From: Planctomycetota bacterium
GTDB taxonomy: Bacteria; Planctomycetota; UBA1135; UBA2386
Assembly (NCBI GenBank): GCA_965223545.1
Contig: OZ245006.1
Coordinates: forward strand, 5,152,001-5,216,000
Direction of reading: 5' to 3'
DNA length: 64,000 nt
Shown here: positions 22,520-31,301 of the stretch, one piece after another
How positions within the stretch are numbered: the first letter of the stretch is position 1
How the letters are laid out: the number at the start of each line of letters is the position of its first letter
Notes under the pieces: model-generated
What the model was told of the DNA's origin: nothing
Database searches by the model: none
The model's input: the letters and a program-made list of their open reading frames with translations, nothing else
Position numbers and translations under genes: made by a program

Positions 22520-23878
22520 GTGTCGGTGACCGATCCCCGACGGGGTACCGTCGTGATGCGCGATCCGGTGCACGGCGACATCGAGCTGTCCCGCGAGGAG
22601 CTCTCGGTGATCGATACCGCCGAGTTCCAGCGCCTGCGGGGCGTCAAGCAGCTCGGCACGGCCTATCTCGTGTACCCGGGTGCGTCGCACACCCGCTTCG
22701 AGCACTCGATCGGCACGCTGCACATGACCGAGCGGCTGCTCGACGCCGTCAACCGCCACGCCGCGCGCGACAGCAGCTGCGCGGCGGTCGATGGCGAGGC
22801 GCGGCGCGTGCTGCGCTTGGCGGCGCTGTTGCACGACATCACGCACGTGCCGTTCGGCCACAACATCGAGGATCAGACCGGCTTGCTACCGCGCCACGAC
22901 ACGCCTGATCGGTTTGCTCGGGTCTTGGGCGATACCGAGGTCGGGGCCGTGCTGGAACGCGCAGGCGTGCGCGATGCGGTGCTGGCGGTGCTCGCCGGGC
23001 GCGGCCCGGAGGTGCCGGTGTTCTGGCGTCAGGTGCTGTCCGACACCATCGACAGCGATCTGATGGACTACCTGCGGCGCGATGCCTACTACACCGGGCT
23101 CGAGCTGCGCTACGACCAGCGCGTGGTCGGCGATTTTCGCGTCGATCGACAGAGCCAGCGCCTGTTCGTCGACTGCGAAAAGCAGGGGATGCTGCGCGAG
23201 GACATCATGTCCGAGCTGATCCGGCTGCTCGAGATCCGCTACCACTTCTCCGAGCGCGTCTACTACCACCACGCCAAGGTCGCCGCCGGCGCGTTGATCG
23301 CCCGCATGGTCGAGCTGGCGATGCGCAGCGGCCAGCTGACCGCGGCCGCGCTGCAAGAGGCCACCGACCAGTCGCTGTTAGACCACCTGACCCGCGCCGG
23401 CGAGGCCGGCGACGCGCGCCTGCTGCGCTTCGCCCGCCGCTTTGCCCGCCGCGAACTGCCCAAACGCGTCCTGGTGTTGCCGATGTACCTCAACCGCGGC
23501 GTACAGGACGCGCTGCTGGAGCACTACTTCCAACCCGGCGCCGCCGAGACCCGGCGCGCGTGGGAGCGCGACGTCGAGGAGCGCGCCCGCGCCGTCCTCG
23601 GGCTCGACCTGGACGTGATCCTGTACTGTCCGGCGCGCGCGATGCAGCTCAAAGAGGCGCGCACGCTGGTGCGTCTCCCCGGCAGCGGCGACCGCATCGT
23701 GCCGCTGTCCGACTTCGCCGATCAATTACCGCGGCTGCGCGACCTGGAGGCGAGCTACCCGCGGCTGTGGAAGCTCTACGTGCTCACCTCTGCCCGTGAG
23801 CTTCCTGTGCGCCGCAAGCTGCAGGAGCTCTGCATGGAGGCGCTGCCCGACGGTTGCGTCAACGCGCTGCGCCTCTGA
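22520..23878 (+). CDS. HD-domain phosphohydrolase (dNTP triphosphohydrolase-like, YdhJ/SAMHD1 family)
   Basis: DPVHG; FQRLRGVKQLG; HTRFEHSIG; LHDITH.PFGH; DSDLMDYLRRD; VYYH. Confidence 0.9.
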   Translation: MSVTDPRRGTVVMRDPVHGDIELSREELSVIDTAEFQRLRGVKQLGTAYLVYPGASHTRFEHSIGTLHMTERLLDAVNRHAARDSSCAAVDGEARRVLRLAALLHDITHVPFGHNIEDQTGLLPRHDTPDRFARVLGDTEVGAVLERAGVRDAVLAVLAGRGPEVPVFWRQVLSDTIDSDLMDYLRRDAYYTGLELRYDQRVVGDFRVDRQSQRLFVDCEKQGMLREDIMSELIRLLEIRYHFSERVYYHHAKVAAGALIARMVELAMRSGQLTAAALQEATDQSLLDHLTRAGEAGDARLLRFARRFARRELPKRVLVLPMYLNRGVQDALLEHYFQPGAAETRRAWERDVEERARAVLGLDLDVILYCPARAMQLKEARTLVRLPGSGDRIVPLSDFADQLPRLRDLEASYPRLWKLYVLTSARELPVRRKLQELCMEALPDGCVNALRL

Positions 23879-24230
23879 CGCGAGTGTGCGGGTTCTGTGC
23901 CGCAGGCCAGGTCTGGGACGCTGCATTCTGGGAGCCCCACCGTCAACCCGGTTACCCGTGGGATAAGATCACGCCCGGGAGGTCGAGGTTCGCCATGATC
24001 CACGCTGTCAGGTGTCCCCTGTTCTTCGTCTTGCTCGGCGCCGTGATCACGCCATCGCGAGGTCAATCCCCCGCCCAGCGGAGCGCCGAGGGAGCGCACG
24101 AGGCTGACGGAGCACTACTCCGTCCGGCCCGAAGGCCTGGAGTTTGCCGTCGAGCTCGGTGAGATTCCGGCGGTACAGGAGACTTGGTCGTGAGATTCTC
24201 GATGGCGTTGGATCGCCGTGGAGTAGTTCC

Positions 24231-24743
24231 CTATTGGATCACGTCGTAGCCCTGGACACTGACAAGGCCACGATCCTGGACATTGCCGGACGGATAGCGC
24301 TCGATGTCTGCGGTGAGCTTCAATGAGCGCGCGCGGCCGCGCCATCGGACAAGGACACTCATGCCGCGCGGGGCTATCCCCCCTTGGCGTGCGAGCCCTA
24401 GGATGCTGTTGTCGATCGGAAGCCTGACCTTGCCAAAGCTCGGCAGGATCGCCCCCGCGAGACCAGAGAAAGTCGCGGTGACGTTGCCGCTAGCGTCGAG
24501 GATACTCACATTGCCAAGTGTGATCGGCTGGGACTCGCTCACGTTCGTGATATGACATACCGTATCGTATAGGTAGCGATTGCCACCCTCGCGAAAGTAC
24601 TCGGCACGTACGACGGTGGCTCTTAGGTCGTTATTCTGGGGTCCGGCTGGCCAGGTGTGACTTGCGAGTTCTGCCGGCTTGAAGGCGCTGATGAGGATGG
24701 CGCACGCCAAGAGCGCCGTGAGTGAGGCAAATGTGAGCTTCAT
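24231..24743 (-). CDS. Secreted hypothetical protein (possibly DUF3124-like)
   Basis: AAGGAG RBS; signal peptide MKLTFASLTALLAC; ITNVS..PITL..V.I.D..G resembles DUF3124 from recall. Confidence 0.65.
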   Translation of the reverse strand: MKLTFASLTALLACAILISAFKPAELASHTWPAGPQNNDLRATVVRAEYFREGGNRYLYDTVCHITNVSESQPITLGNVSILDASGNVTATFSGLAGAILPSFGKVRLPIDNSILGLARQGGIAPRGMSVLVRWRGRARSLKLTADIERYPSGNVQDRGLVSVQGYDVIQ

Positions 24744-25076
24744 CTGGTGCTCCTTTGGTAGATAGAGGATCCTCGACGCGCCAGCCCCCAAGCCACAGGC
24801 GCACTCTGCCACGATACCACGGATCCGAGCGAGCACCGATCGGCCACTCGACCGAGCGCCAGCGAGGCACATCCGCGGCGGGGCAGCCCGCTGATTGCGA
24901 TTGGCGCGTGATTGGCCACGACCAGGTCCCCGTACGTCCGAATCCGTGGAGGGGCGTGAGGCCTCGGCCTGCTCGACGGCCCGATTACAAACCTGCCGGC
25001 GTGCGAATGCACCGCCGCCAAGTGAGAAAAGCGAGCCTGACACCGTACGTCTCGTAATCTCGGGACGATGGTTGGC

Positions 25077-25874
25077 ATGCGCTTGATCTCCGTTGTCCTG
25101 TTGGCAGCTTCCGCGCCCTGCTTCGTTCTCTCGGAGCCGCGCCGCGAGCAGAGCGCCGTCGCGGTCCTTGGCACGTTTCACATGGCCAACCCCGGCCGTG
25201 ACGTGGTCAACGCAAACGTCGACGACGTGCTCTCCGAGGATCGTCAGCAGCAGCTCCAGGAGCTGTGTGACCTCTTGGCTGCCTTCGAACCGACGCACAT
25301 CGCGGTCGAGGCCGTGCCGGACCGCGCCGACGAGTTGGCGCGGCGCTACGCGGAGTACCGCGCCGGCACGCTGGAGCCCGATCGCAACGAGATCGTGCAG
25401 GTCGCGTTCCGCCTCGCGGACGCACTCGGGCACGAGCGCGTTTGGCCCGTGGACCATCGGCAGGACATGGCGATTGGCTCGGTGATGCAGTACGCGCAGC
25501 AGAACGACCCCGCCGCCGCCGCGCTGCTGGGCGAGTGGCGCGGGAAGATGCAGGCCACGCTGGACGAGGTCATGGCCAAACCGATCGTCGACATCTTCCG
25601 CTGGGCGAACCACCCCGACCGCGCCGCGGAGCACGACGCCGTCTACCTTCGCATGGCGCAGATCGGCGGTGGAGACACAATGGTCGGAGCGCAGGCGGTC
25701 GGCACATGGTACGCGCGCAACCTCGCGATCTTCGCGAACGTCGCCGCACTGGCCAGCGATCCTGACGCGCGGGTGCTGGTCCTGATCGGCGCCGGACACG
25801 CCCCTCTCCTCTGCGACTTCGTCCGCGGCGCGGACAACCTCGACCTGATCGACATCACCGAAGTCCTGAAGTGA
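25077..25874 (+). CDS. DUF5694-like secreted protein
   Basis: VLGTFHMANPGRD; NEIVQVAFRLA; WYARNLAIFAN; VLIGAGH. Confidence 0.8.
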   Translation: MRLISVVLLAASAPCFVLSEPRREQSAVAVLGTFHMANPGRDVVNANVDDVLSEDRQQQLQELCDLLAAFEPTHIAVEAVPDRADELARRYAEYRAGTLEPDRNEIVQVAFRLADALGHERVWPVDHRQDMAIGSVMQYAQQNDPAAAALLGEWRGKMQATLDEVMAKPIVDIFRWANHPDRAAEHDAVYLRMAQIGGGDTMVGAQAVGTWYARNLAIFANVAALASDPDARVLVLIGAGHAPLLCDFVRGADNLDLIDITEVLK

Positions 25875-25902
25875 CGGTACGGAGTCAGGCTCCGTACCGT
25901 CA
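25871..25902. repeat. Empty REP-like palindrome (IS110 target family)
   Basis: GTGACGGTACGGAGT-CAG-GCTCCGTACCGTCA; differs by one base from the reconstructed target of IS110 copy 2. Confidence 0.85.
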
Positions 25903-25921
25903 GGCTCGGTACGGAGATCCG

Positions 25922-27697
25922 ATGGCACATGGCTTCGTTCGCTCGCTCGTCCCAGCCCTGGTCTTGATACCGGCACTGGCCGCAGCCACCCAAGACCGGT
26001 CGCAGCGGGCAGCCGAGGAACGTGCGCTGATCGAGGGGGCAGTGGGCGATCCGCTGTCGCAGCGCGCGGCCGAGGCGTTCAACAAGCGCGACTGGCAGGA
26101 GGCCGAGCGAGCCTACGCCGCGCTCGTCGAGCGGGACCCGGCCGACGAGCGCGCTTGGTTGCGGCTCGGAACGGCACTGCACGCGCAGCAGAAGCTGGAC
26201 GCGGCGCTGCGGGCGTACGAGCACGCACTGGACTTCCCCAGCGCTGCCTACAACGCCGCTTGCATCCATGCGCTGCGCGGCGCTACGGACTTGGCACTCG
26301 ACCGGCTCCGCTCCGCGGTTGAAGTTGGGTTCCTCGATTTCGAGCACGCGCGGCGCGACCCGGATCTGTCGAACCTGCACGAAGACCCGGCCTTCGCGGC
26401 CGTGCTCGCGGCGATGGAGCGGCGGATGAAGACGCCGCTGCCCGAGGCGGTCCTCGGTCAGGCCGCGCCCGACTTCGAGCTCACCGACGTCGACGGCCGA
26501 CGCCATCGGCTCGAGTCGTACCGTGGGCGAATCGTCGTCCTCGAATGGACGAGCCACACGTGCCCGACGGTTGCACGCTACCACGAGTCGGCGAGACTGC
26601 CGGCGTCGGTCGCCGGTGTGACCGGCGATGACCTCGTGTGGCTCGCCATCGACTCCGGCGCAGAATGTGACGAGTGGGTCGACGCGATCCGAGAGTGGCG
26701 CTCGACGGTCGGCCACCGCCGCCCCTACCTGCTGGACCCATCGGGCGCGACGGGTCACCGCTACGGAGCGCAGGCGACACCTCAGATTTTCGTGATCGAC
26801 GGTTCCGGAGTGCTGCGCTACTCGGGGACTGTCGACGACGAAGGCGCGACCATCGACTACGTCGCCGCGACGGTCGCGGCGTTGCGCGAGGGTCGCGACC
26901 CGGCACCGACTTCCACCGAGCTCCGTGGCTGCACGATCAAGTACGCATCGGTGCTGCCAGGATTCGTCGCTGCCGACGTGTGGCAGTGCCCGCCCTGCGG
27001 CCTGCCGTGCGATCGCATCGTGTTCGCGACGCCGGGCCGCTGCCCGCAGTGTCGCATGGTCCTGGCCGCTCGAGTGCGGCGCAACGTGCAGACCGCGGCG
27101 AAGCCACACGCACAGCCGTTGTTCGACGCGGCCCGGATCGCCGCAAGAGCGGGTGAAGCGCAGCCGTGTCTCGCGAGCTTGCGTGCCGCGTTGGTCGCCG
27201 GCTTCGCGACACCCTCCAGGGTTCTGAGCGACGACGCGTTCGCCCCGCTGCTCGCCGTGCCCGAACCGCGCGCGGCGCTCCGCGAGCTGTTGGCCGAGTT
27301 CGCGAGCGAGTCGACGGCGACCATTGTCCGCAGCACGGAGCCCGGCAATCGCCTGCGGCTCGAGCTCACGATTCATGAAGCGGCGGGTACGCCCGTCGTC
27401 GACGCGCGCGTGGACCTGTACCAGACCGACGCTGCGGGCATCTACGATCCGGTGCACGGTTCGGAGAACCCACGTCTGTTCGCCAGCCTCGTTAGCGATC
27501 GCGACGGCCGCCTGGTCATCGACACGATCGTGCCCGCGGGCTACCCGGACGCGGACGTCTCCCCGCACGTTCACTACGTCGTCGAGACTGCCGGCGGGAC
27601 ACGCGACAGCGGCGAGATCGTGAGGAGAGTGACGGTACGGAGCCAGTCCTGCCCCGGCAGATTTGTCGGCCCTTCAGGGCAGGAAACTAGCCGCTGA
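25922..27697 (+). CDS. Multidomain secreted protein: TPR + AhpC/TSA redoxin + Cys-rich metal-binding + intradiol-dioxygenase-like; C-terminus runs into IS110
   Basis: AAYNAACIHA (TPR); APDFELTD...EWTSHTCP...GCTIKY; CPPCGLPCD..CPQC; YQTDAAGIY...PHVHY; the stop codon lies inside the IS. Confidence 0.75.
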   Translation: MAHGFVRSLVPALVLIPALAAATQDRSQRAAEERALIEGAVGDPLSQRAAEAFNKRDWQEAERAYAALVERDPADERAWLRLGTALHAQQKLDAALRAYEHALDFPSAAYNAACIHALRGATDLALDRLRSAVEVGFLDFEHARRDPDLSNLHEDPAFAAVLAAMERRMKTPLPEAVLGQAAPDFELTDVDGRRHRLESYRGRIVVLEWTSHTCPTVARYHESARLPASVAGVTGDDLVWLAIDSGAECDEWVDAIREWRSTVGHRRPYLLDPSGATGHRYGAQATPQIFVIDGSGVLRYSGTVDDEGATIDYVAATVAALREGRDPAPTSTELRGCTIKYASVLPGFVAADVWQCPPCGLPCDRIVFATPGRCPQCRMVLAARVRRNVQTAAKPHAQPLFDAARIAARAGEAQPCLASLRAALVAGFATPSRVLSDDAFAPLLAVPEPRAALRELLAEFASESTATIVRSTEPGNRLRLELTIHEAAGTPVVDARVDLYQTDAAGIYDPVHGSENPRLFASLVSDRDGRLVIDTIVPAGYPDADVSPHVHYVVETAGGTRDSGEIVRRVTVRSQSCPGRFVGPSGQETSR

Positions 27698-27896
27698 GGA
27701 AGGGGGAGGGGAACGTGTGAGGGGCCCGGCAGCTACGCCCCCAATAGCCACTGGAGCACGTTTGCCCCAGAGCCAGTCTGGGTCCGAGTTGGCCATCCTT
27801 CACTGGTGAGGGGCACGTCGCCGTGCCCACTCCCGCAGGTCAGATTCGTTTGATCGCCGCCTCGGGCCGGGCCCACCACAACAATGAGGATGAAGT
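27647..27896 (+). ncRNA. Putative bridge RNA region in the IS110 non-coding left end (copy 2)
   Basis: 250-bp non-coding end with hairpins (CCTGCCC..GGGCAGG; GGGCACG-TCGC-CGTGCCC) and guide-like GAGCCAG (27770-27776) and CAGGTCAG (27836-27843). Confidence 0.65.
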
Positions 27897-29279
27897 ATGG
27901 CTGGGAAGAGCAGAACGAGGAAGGGCAAGAAGCCCGCAGCGGAAGTATTGCCAGTCGTGAAGCCCAACGCCGCCGGAATCGACATCGGCAGCCGCGAGCA
28001 CTGGGTGTGCGCAGCAGCACCCGACGGCAGTCGTCCGATCAAGCGATTCGGAACGACGACGCCCCAGCTAGAGGCGCTCGCGGACTGGCTGGAGGAGCTC
28101 GGAGTGCGATCCGTCGCGATGGAGAGCACCTATGTCTACTGGATTCCCGTCTACGAGCTACTCGAGTCGAGAGGCTTCGAGGTCATCCTCGCGAATGCCC
28201 GCGAGGTGAAGAACGTGCCGGGCCGCTCCAAGTCCGATGCCAGCGATTGCAGTTGGCTGCAGAAGCTACACACCTATGGCCTCATTCGCGCTTCGTTCCG
28301 GCCTCCGAAGGACATCTGTGCGTTGCGGACCCTGCAACGCCATGCCGCGTCTTTGATCGCGCAGCGCACGCGCCACACGCAGTTGATGCAGCGGTCACTG
28401 GATCAGATGAACGTGGCGATCCATCGCGCGGTAACGGACATCACCGGCAAGACCGGCCTCGCGATCATCCGCGCGATTCTCGCTGGTGAACGCGACCCTC
28501 GAGCGCTCGCCAGACTGCGTGATCCGCGCTGCAAGATCTCCGAGAAGGAGCTCGCGGATCACTTGCAAGGGACCTGGATCGAGGAGCACATCTTCACTCT
28601 CGCTTCGGGCTTGCGGATGCTCGAGCACACCGACCACGAGATCGAGTCGGTCGAGAAGCGATTGATGGCGATGATCGAGGACCTGCAACCGGAGGAAGCC
28701 AAGACGGCCGACGTCCCCGAGCATCCAGACCCCCGCAAGGAGAGGAGCATCCGAACGAAGGGCGGCCGGGAGCTTCGCGATGCCCTCTGCCGGCTCGTCG
28801 GGTGTGATCTCACGCGAATCGACGGTATCAGCCCGAGCACGGCCATGATCGTGCTCACCGAGGTCGGCTACGACCTCGAAGCTTTCCCGACCGAGAAGCA
28901 CTTCGTCTCCTGGCTACGCCTGTGCCCACGTCAAGCCGTCTCGGGTGGAAAGCGCATCAAGAAGCACCGCAACAACATCGCGGTCAGCAGGATCGCCACG
29001 GTCCTCCGGATGGCCGCCCTGTCCCTCCAACGTACTCAGACAGCTCTCGGCGCACACTTCCGCAAGATCGCCCGCGCGAAGGACGGCAACGTCGCCATCT
29101 TTGCCATCGCCCGCAAACTGGCCCTGCTCATCTACCGCATGCTGAAGTTCGGCCAGGACTACGTAGACGAAGGCGCCAAGGCCTACGAGGAGCGCTTCAC
29201 CCAGCGACGCATCGTCGGACTCCGACAGAACGCTAAATCCCTCGGGTACAAGCTCATACCGATCGCCGAGGCTGGGTGA
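27897..29279 (+). CDS. IS110-family DEDD recombinase/transposase (460 aa)
   Basis: Protein identical to that of 10182..11564. Confidence 0.95.
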   Translation: MAGKSRTRKGKKPAAEVLPVVKPNAAGIDIGSREHWVCAAAPDGSRPIKRFGTTTPQLEALADWLEELGVRSVAMESTYVYWIPVYELLESRGFEVILANAREVKNVPGRSKSDASDCSWLQKLHTYGLIRASFRPPKDICALRTLQRHAASLIAQRTRHTQLMQRSLDQMNVAIHRAVTDITGKTGLAIIRAILAGERDPRALARLRDPRCKISEKELADHLQGTWIEEHIFTLASGLRMLEHTDHEIESVEKRLMAMIEDLQPEEAKTADVPEHPDPRKERSIRTKGGRELRDALCRLVGCDLTRIDGISPSTAMIVLTEVGYDLEAFPTEKHFVSWLRLCPRQAVSGGKRIKKHRNNIAVSRIATVLRMAALSLQRTQTALGAHFRKIARAKDGNVAIFAIARKLALLIYRMLKFGQDYVDEGAKAYEERFTQRRIVGLRQNAKSLGYKLIPIAEAG

Positions 29280-29312
29280 GTTTCAGGTCAGGCTCCGTAC
29301 CGTCACCCCTAC

Positions 29313-31301
29313 CCCAACTTCCGCAGTTCGACGGGTCGTCACGTTGAAAAGCAACGACTTACGTCGATTGGTTGGCACTACATCGCGGTCGAACGGAGTG
29401 GCGCGGGGACGGATAGCCTCCTGGGTAGCTGGATGCCGAGCCGGTCGAGCAGGTGCGCCTGCGCCTCGTTGGGGGTGACCACGCAGCGGACCCGGAGTTC
29501 GCGGCCGTCAGTAGTTGGCAGGAGCACGTCTGCGCTTTGGACCTGACGGAGCTCCTCGAGGATGGCGGCCGGGCTGTTGCCGAGTCCGGCCTTCTCCTGC
29601 CAGAGCTCGAGCGTTTTCCACAAGGCGTAGGCGAGGAAGCAGACGAGGATGTGCGCCCTGACCCGGTCCTCGCGTTGATGCCACACCGGGCGGATCGACA
29701 GCTCGGACTTCTGGATCCGAAACGCGGACTCAGCATCAGTGAGCTGGATGTACGTCCGCCAAAGCTCCTCATCTGTCCAACCCGTCACGTTGGACCTGAG
29801 CAGGTAGCACCCGGCGCTCTGGTCCACCCAGTTCGTGTTCTCACAAGCCTCCACGGCAAGCCCCGATGGTCGATCCGGGGCTTCGATCAACGAAACCGAG
29901 AAGCACGTGGAGGCCCGCGAGTTCTGGGCCAAGATGCGTCCGATCTGTTGATTGACGCGGTCCCGTTCGATCGACTTCTTCGACGCCGCCAGTCGGCGTT
30001 CGAGCGACGCAAGCCTCGCGCGAATGCGTTCGGCTGCTCGCGCGACAATTGCGGCGTCCTTCTCGATGCGCGCCTGGGAGCGACACAGGATGAACGTCTC
30101 CTCCCCGTCCTCGCTCGGGCAGAGCTTGACCTCGACATCCTCACGAATGCTGCGCCAGTCTCGACGGTCGACGATCTCCTGTTCGAAGCGGCGCAGGTCC
30201 GAACGCGATGCGCCGATGACGTACCGTCGCCTTCCCTCCTTCAACCATTTCAGGTTGCGCTTGCTCACCATTCCGCGGTCCATGACCCAGATGCGATCAG
30301 CAGCACCGAATCGCCGCTCCATCGTCTCGACGATCTCGCGGACCGTCGTGACGTCAGTCCGATTGCCGTCGAACACTTCGTGCGCAAGAGGGATTCCCTG
30401 TCTGGTCACGACCAGAGCGATGCAAACCTGTTTGCAGTCAGGCCGGTGATCTCGGCTGTAGCCACGCTGCGCCTGGGGGTTGCCCAGCATGAGGCCTTCG
30501 AAGTAGGTCGAGGTCACGTCGTAGAGCAGCAAGTCGTACTGAACGTCGAACAACTCGCCGAGCCGTGCGCGGAGATGCTGCTCCAGCGCCTCTTTGTGCG
30601 GCAGGATCTGGTCGAGAGCCCGGTAGAGCCGGTCGTCGTTGACCTTGCCTTCCGGCAGGCCAAGCAGGTCGTCAAGCGCGGTCTGGCGGTACAGGACTTC
30701 AGCCAGGTGCAGCTCGCTGGAGGGCATGCACAACCGACAGATGACCATCGCTGCCGCCATCGTCGACCACGGGACATCTTCACGGCCCCGCGGCATGAGC
30801 TCCCAGAGTGCGTCGTCGAACTTCAGTGCGTGCCACAGCGCCAGGCCGACGAAAACGTCGCCGAAGCGGCGTGTCCGGTCGAGGCTGACCTCCTTCAAGC
30901 GAATCGACTCGACCGGGTCGTCGTCTGTCACCGGTGGCTCAAACAGGCTCGGGTGCATTCGGCGACCGGTCATCCGATCTGCCAGCGCACGAGCCCGGCG
31001 TCGCCCCTTCGCATCCAGTTTGCCCAGCTGCGCGATCACCTCCTGCCGCACTCGACGACCGTGCCGCACCGACCGAACGAGGAGCCAGTACTCGTGGGTC
31101 TTGCCGTTCTTTCTGACCGTCTTGCGTCGCAGGTACACGTCCGCCGCCTCGCACACAGTTGTCGTGCTCCCTGCCACACCGATCAACGGGGCGGGTTGGC
31201 ACTACACGGCCGATCTGCGCCGCCGCGACGGTGGATAGCGGGCTGGCGCCGCGCCGAGGCTCCGAATTGGCCTCAAAAATCGTCGAGCTGCGGAAGTTGG
31301 G
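29313..31301 (-). mobile_element. IS1634-family insertion sequence (1989 bp)
   Basis: 21-bp TIRs CCCAACTTCCGCAG(T/C)TCGACG with one mismatch; CTAC direct repeat at 29309-29312 and 31302-31305. Confidence 0.9.
29378..31138 (-). CDS. IS1634-family DDE transposase
   Basis: YDVTSTYFEG; GYSRDHRPDCKQ; VMDRG; ESAFRIQKSEL.IRPVWHQ; GTG start (YLRRK) assumed. Confidence 0.92.
   Translation of the reverse strand: MYLRRKTVRKNGKTHEYWLLVRSVRHGRRVRQEVIAQLGKLDAKGRRRARALADRMTGRRMHPSLFEPPVTDDDPVESIRLKEVSLDRTRRFGDVFVGLALWHALKFDDALWELMPRGREDVPWSTMAAAMVICRLCMPSSELHLAEVLYRQTALDDLLGLPEGKVNDDRLYRALDQILPHKEALEQHLRARLGELFDVQYDLLLYDVTSTYFEGLMLGNPQAQRGYSRDHRPDCKQVCIALVVTRQGIPLAHEVFDGNRTDVTTVREIVETMERRFGAADRIWVMDRGMVSKRNLKWLKEGRRRYVIGASRSDLRRFEQEIVDRRDWRSIREDVEVKLCPSEDGEETFILCRSQARIEKDAAIVARAAERIRARLASLERRLAASKKSIERDRVNQQIGRILAQNSRASTCFSVSLIEAPDRPSGLAVEACENTNWVDQSAGCYLLRSNVTGWTDEELWRTYIQLTDAESAFRIQKSELSIRPVWHQREDRVRAHILVCFLAYALWKTLELWQEKAGLGNSPAAILEELRQVQSADVLLPTTDGRELRVRCVVTPNEAQAHLLDRLGIQLPRRLSVPAPLRSTAM

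Larger units (their letters stand above)
27644..29291 (+). mobile_element. IS110-family insertion sequence, copy 2
   Basis: Flanks rejoin to the perfect palindrome GTGACGGTACGGAGC-CAG-GCTCCGTACCGTCAC. Confidence 0.93.

Noticed and set aside
29280..29291. Circle-junction promoter (TTTCAG-N16-CAGATT)
   Set aside because: Match to the sigma-70 consensus is too weak to call without transcript data.
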